The notes under the pieces: generated by a model | What the model was told of the DNA's origin: nothing | Databases searched by the model: none | The model's input: the letters and a program-made list of their open reading frames with translations, nothing else | Made by a program: the position numbers and the translations under genes | Shown here: one piece after another, positions 61,951 to 64,000 of the stretch | Layout of the letters: every line of letters begins with the position of its first letter | Numbering within the stretch: the stretch's first letter is position 1 | Origin: Octopus vulgaris | Lineage: Eukaryota | DNA: 64,000 nt | Assembly: GCA_951406725.2 (NCBI GenBank) | Contig: OX597831.1 | Location: 44,702,001 to 44,766,000, forward strand | Direction of reading: 5' to 3'

Positions 61951-64000
61951 TTATGATGTGTTTGTGTCATCACCACTAGAAATATCACTTAATAAGTCAT
62001 CTTTTTTTACACTTAACGATTCACATTTAGAATCCTGTGAAGAAAGAGGAAACATGGATTTAGAAAAGTCTTCATTGTTGATCTCAGTGTCATTTAATTT
62101 ATCAGAAGAACTATTGGCAGTAAACAATTTTGACTTTACTTCATCTACTTTGTTTAAAACCTTGTTCTGTTGTGATAGCAGAGAAGCTGGTTTATTTGAA
62201 TTTTCATTCAATAACTGAAAAGACTTAGATTTAGAACTGTGGCTATGTAGATCACCACAGTACTCAGTAGTGTCAAATAAATAGTCCTGAGAGGAACAAT
62301 GCGCTAAATTTGAGGGCTCAGTGGAAACTTGCTCCTTGAGAATGTCTTCAGATAAGGACTGCTCGCACAGATCTTTGCTTTTGCTGGCAGTGCCCAATAT
62401 CTTCTTCTGAGGTTGCTTATTTGATGACGAATCATTACTGGAAGAGTTGTGTGGATTTTGAGATTGGTTCACATTAACTGTGATATCTTTGGCACTTTCT
62501 TTGTTGCCATGGTCTCTGCTGGTAGGTAACCCCTTAATGGTTAATTTGATGCTAGTATTGTTCAGTGACAGGTTAGACGAAAACTCATAAGAACCAGTTG
62601 CATTGCTATCAGTATTGCTACAAGATTTCTCTATTGGTTGACTGGCTGGAGATTCTTTTGGTTCAGACCATGAAAATTCTGCCTCTTCGTACCATAAAAA
62701 TGGTGATGAAGATTCGCAAGATGACCAGTTAGAATCTTCATTATCGTCCTTGCTAGGTTCACAAACTTTACTCTTGGTTTTTTTCACTTTAACCATTTGC
62801 GATTCAGATGTTGAACAAGTATTTACACTTTTATAATTATCTTTCTTGAAATATTGAGGAACAGGAAGACTTTCAGCTTTACCTTTATTCTTGCCAGCAT
62901 TATCCTTGCCAAAAACGTTTGGATTTGATGAATGGTTGTCACTGCTTGAACAGTTTGTTTCTTTTGGTGCAGTTGAGTTGGAAACAGTTGCCAAAGAAGA
63001 AGAAGAAGAAGAGGAGGAATGACAAGCAGCACTTGGACTAACAGAGAAAATAGAATGTGAAAGAGGTTTTGATGAGTTTGGTGATGTATTATGAGATATA
63101 TGTGTTTGCTGAGATGATGAAGATGATGTCGCTGGTGACGACAATGAAGATGCAATGCTATAAAGAGACTGATAGAGTGAATTAGGCTCATTCCTAACTG
63201 TGAGTGAGTCTTCAGATGTGGTAGGTAAAGGAAGTAGAGGCAATTTACAATCTTTGTCCTTAGATGAAACTGCATCACTTGCTTTCTGGTTATCCAAAAT
63301 GTCAGATTCAAAAGATAGCACTGAGGTATTATTATCTAATAATGGTAAAAATATTTGATGTTTAGAAACATTATTGTTTGTATTTTCCTCTCTTTCGGCA
63401 GATAAAACTGAAGCATCAGACACAGCAGAACTTGTTTGGGACGGTTGCTGTCCACTAATAGCAGCATCAGACTCCATCTTACAACTGCTTTCTTTCGACA
63501 GGCCCTCTGAAGTCGGAGAAATGTCCTCATCAGCAGGGTGAACAGAGCTGGAATTATTTTTATCATTGTCAGAAAATGCAGACGATTCATTACTGTTTGT
63601 GTTCACTGATGTTACTGTTGCAGTGGCTATGTCTCCAGGTGTTTGTTTTGTGCATCTCTTGACACCAGGCTGTGCAGTGTCCATAGAGCAGCAGCTAACA
63701 TTGCCTGCTGTATGACAAGTTGAGCTATCTTTCTTCTCGTTTGTCACAGAGCAGGGTTCAGATGATGAGCTACACGACCAACTTGGTATTGAACTGTTTG
63801 AAAGCAAGTTAAAGTCATCAAGAGATTCATTTGCTGTGCTGCTAGTCGCAGTATGAGCTGTAGAAGCAGCTTTAGCACTTTTATCCATACAGAAATCCGA
63901 AAACATCAGTTTAAGATCTGGATCATTGATTTCAGCAAGTGAACCACAAGTTGACACAGGTACACTAATAGCATGCGATATATCATCTAGGTCAATGTTT
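61951..64000 (-). CDS. Large terminal coding exon of an unidentified gene; Ser/Asn/Lys-rich, probably disordered C-terminus; 5' part lies outside the window
   Basis: The 668-aa ORF stays open to the window edge (...NIDLDDISHAISVPVSTCGS...), about 682 codons with no stop in AT-rich DNA; TAA at 61951-61953; no family motif recognised. Confidence 0.85.
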   Translation of the reverse strand, partial: NIDLDDISHAISVPVSTCGSLAEINDPDLKLMFSDFCMDKSAKAASTAHTATSSTANESLDDFNLLSNSSIPSWSCSSSSEPCSVTNEKKDSSTCHTAGNVSCCSMDTAQPGVKRCTKQTPGDIATATVTSVNTNSNESSAFSDNDKNNSSSVHPADEDISPTSEGLSKESSCKMESDAAISGQQPSQTSSAVSDASVLSAEREENTNNNVSKHQIFLPLLDNNTSVLSFESDILDNQKASDAVSSKDKDCKLPLLPLPTTSEDSLTVRNEPNSLYQSLYSIASSLSSPATSSSSSQQTHISHNTSPNSSKPLSHSIFSVSPSAACHSSSSSSSSLATVSNSTAPKETNCSSSDNHSSNPNVFGKDNAGKNKGKAESLPVPQYFKKDNYKSVNTCSTSESQMVKVKKTKSKVCEPSKDDNEDSNWSSCESSSPFLWYEEAEFSWSEPKESPASQPIEKSCSNTDSNATGSYEFSSNLSLNNTSIKLTIKGLPTSRDHGNKESAKDITVNVNQSQNPHNSSSNDSSSNKQPQKKILGTASKSKDLCEQSLSEDILKEQVSTEPSNLAHCSSQDYLFDTTEYCGDLHSHSSKSKSFQLLNENSNKPASLLSQQNKVLNKVDEVKSKLFTANSSSDKLNDTEINNEDFSKSMFPLSSQDSKCESLSVKKDDLLSDISSGDDTNTS

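Noticed and set aside
61958-63590. ORFs 61958-62218(+), 62823-63311(-), 63336-63590(-)
   Set aside because: They are shadow frames of the long minus-strand exon.

Overview
This is AT-rich eukaryotic DNA, dense in (TA)n/(CA)n tracts and interspersed repeats. The repeat landscape suggests an octopus/cephalopod genome (inference). The main gene is a complete 10-coding-exon AP-1 complex subunit mu (AP1M1/AP47) on the + strand (21788-41489, 422 aa, all GT-AG introns). It has a candidate non-coding first exon near 4.95-5.06 kb and a ~2.6 kb 3' UTR. A convergent, unidentified gene ends in a >2 kb Ser-rich terminal exon on the - strand (61951 to the window edge). The rest is mobile DNA: several tRNA-derived SINE families, hAT, piggyBac-like, mariner and Merlin-like MITEs, a DD37E Tc1-like element, pogo, DD41D-like, RTE and Penelope remnants, and a Helitron-like insert. 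The most notable signals are RNA-structural. (i) A 541-bp TSD-flanked insertion couples a Pol III tRNA-like head to two inverted Penelope-type repeats, each carrying a minimal hammerhead ribozyme motif. (ii) A second, different hammerhead sits beside a 173-bp palindrome in the last intron. (iii) A 7x184-bp head-to-tail SINE multimer. (iv) Tandem H-type pseudoknot motifs inside a SINE body.
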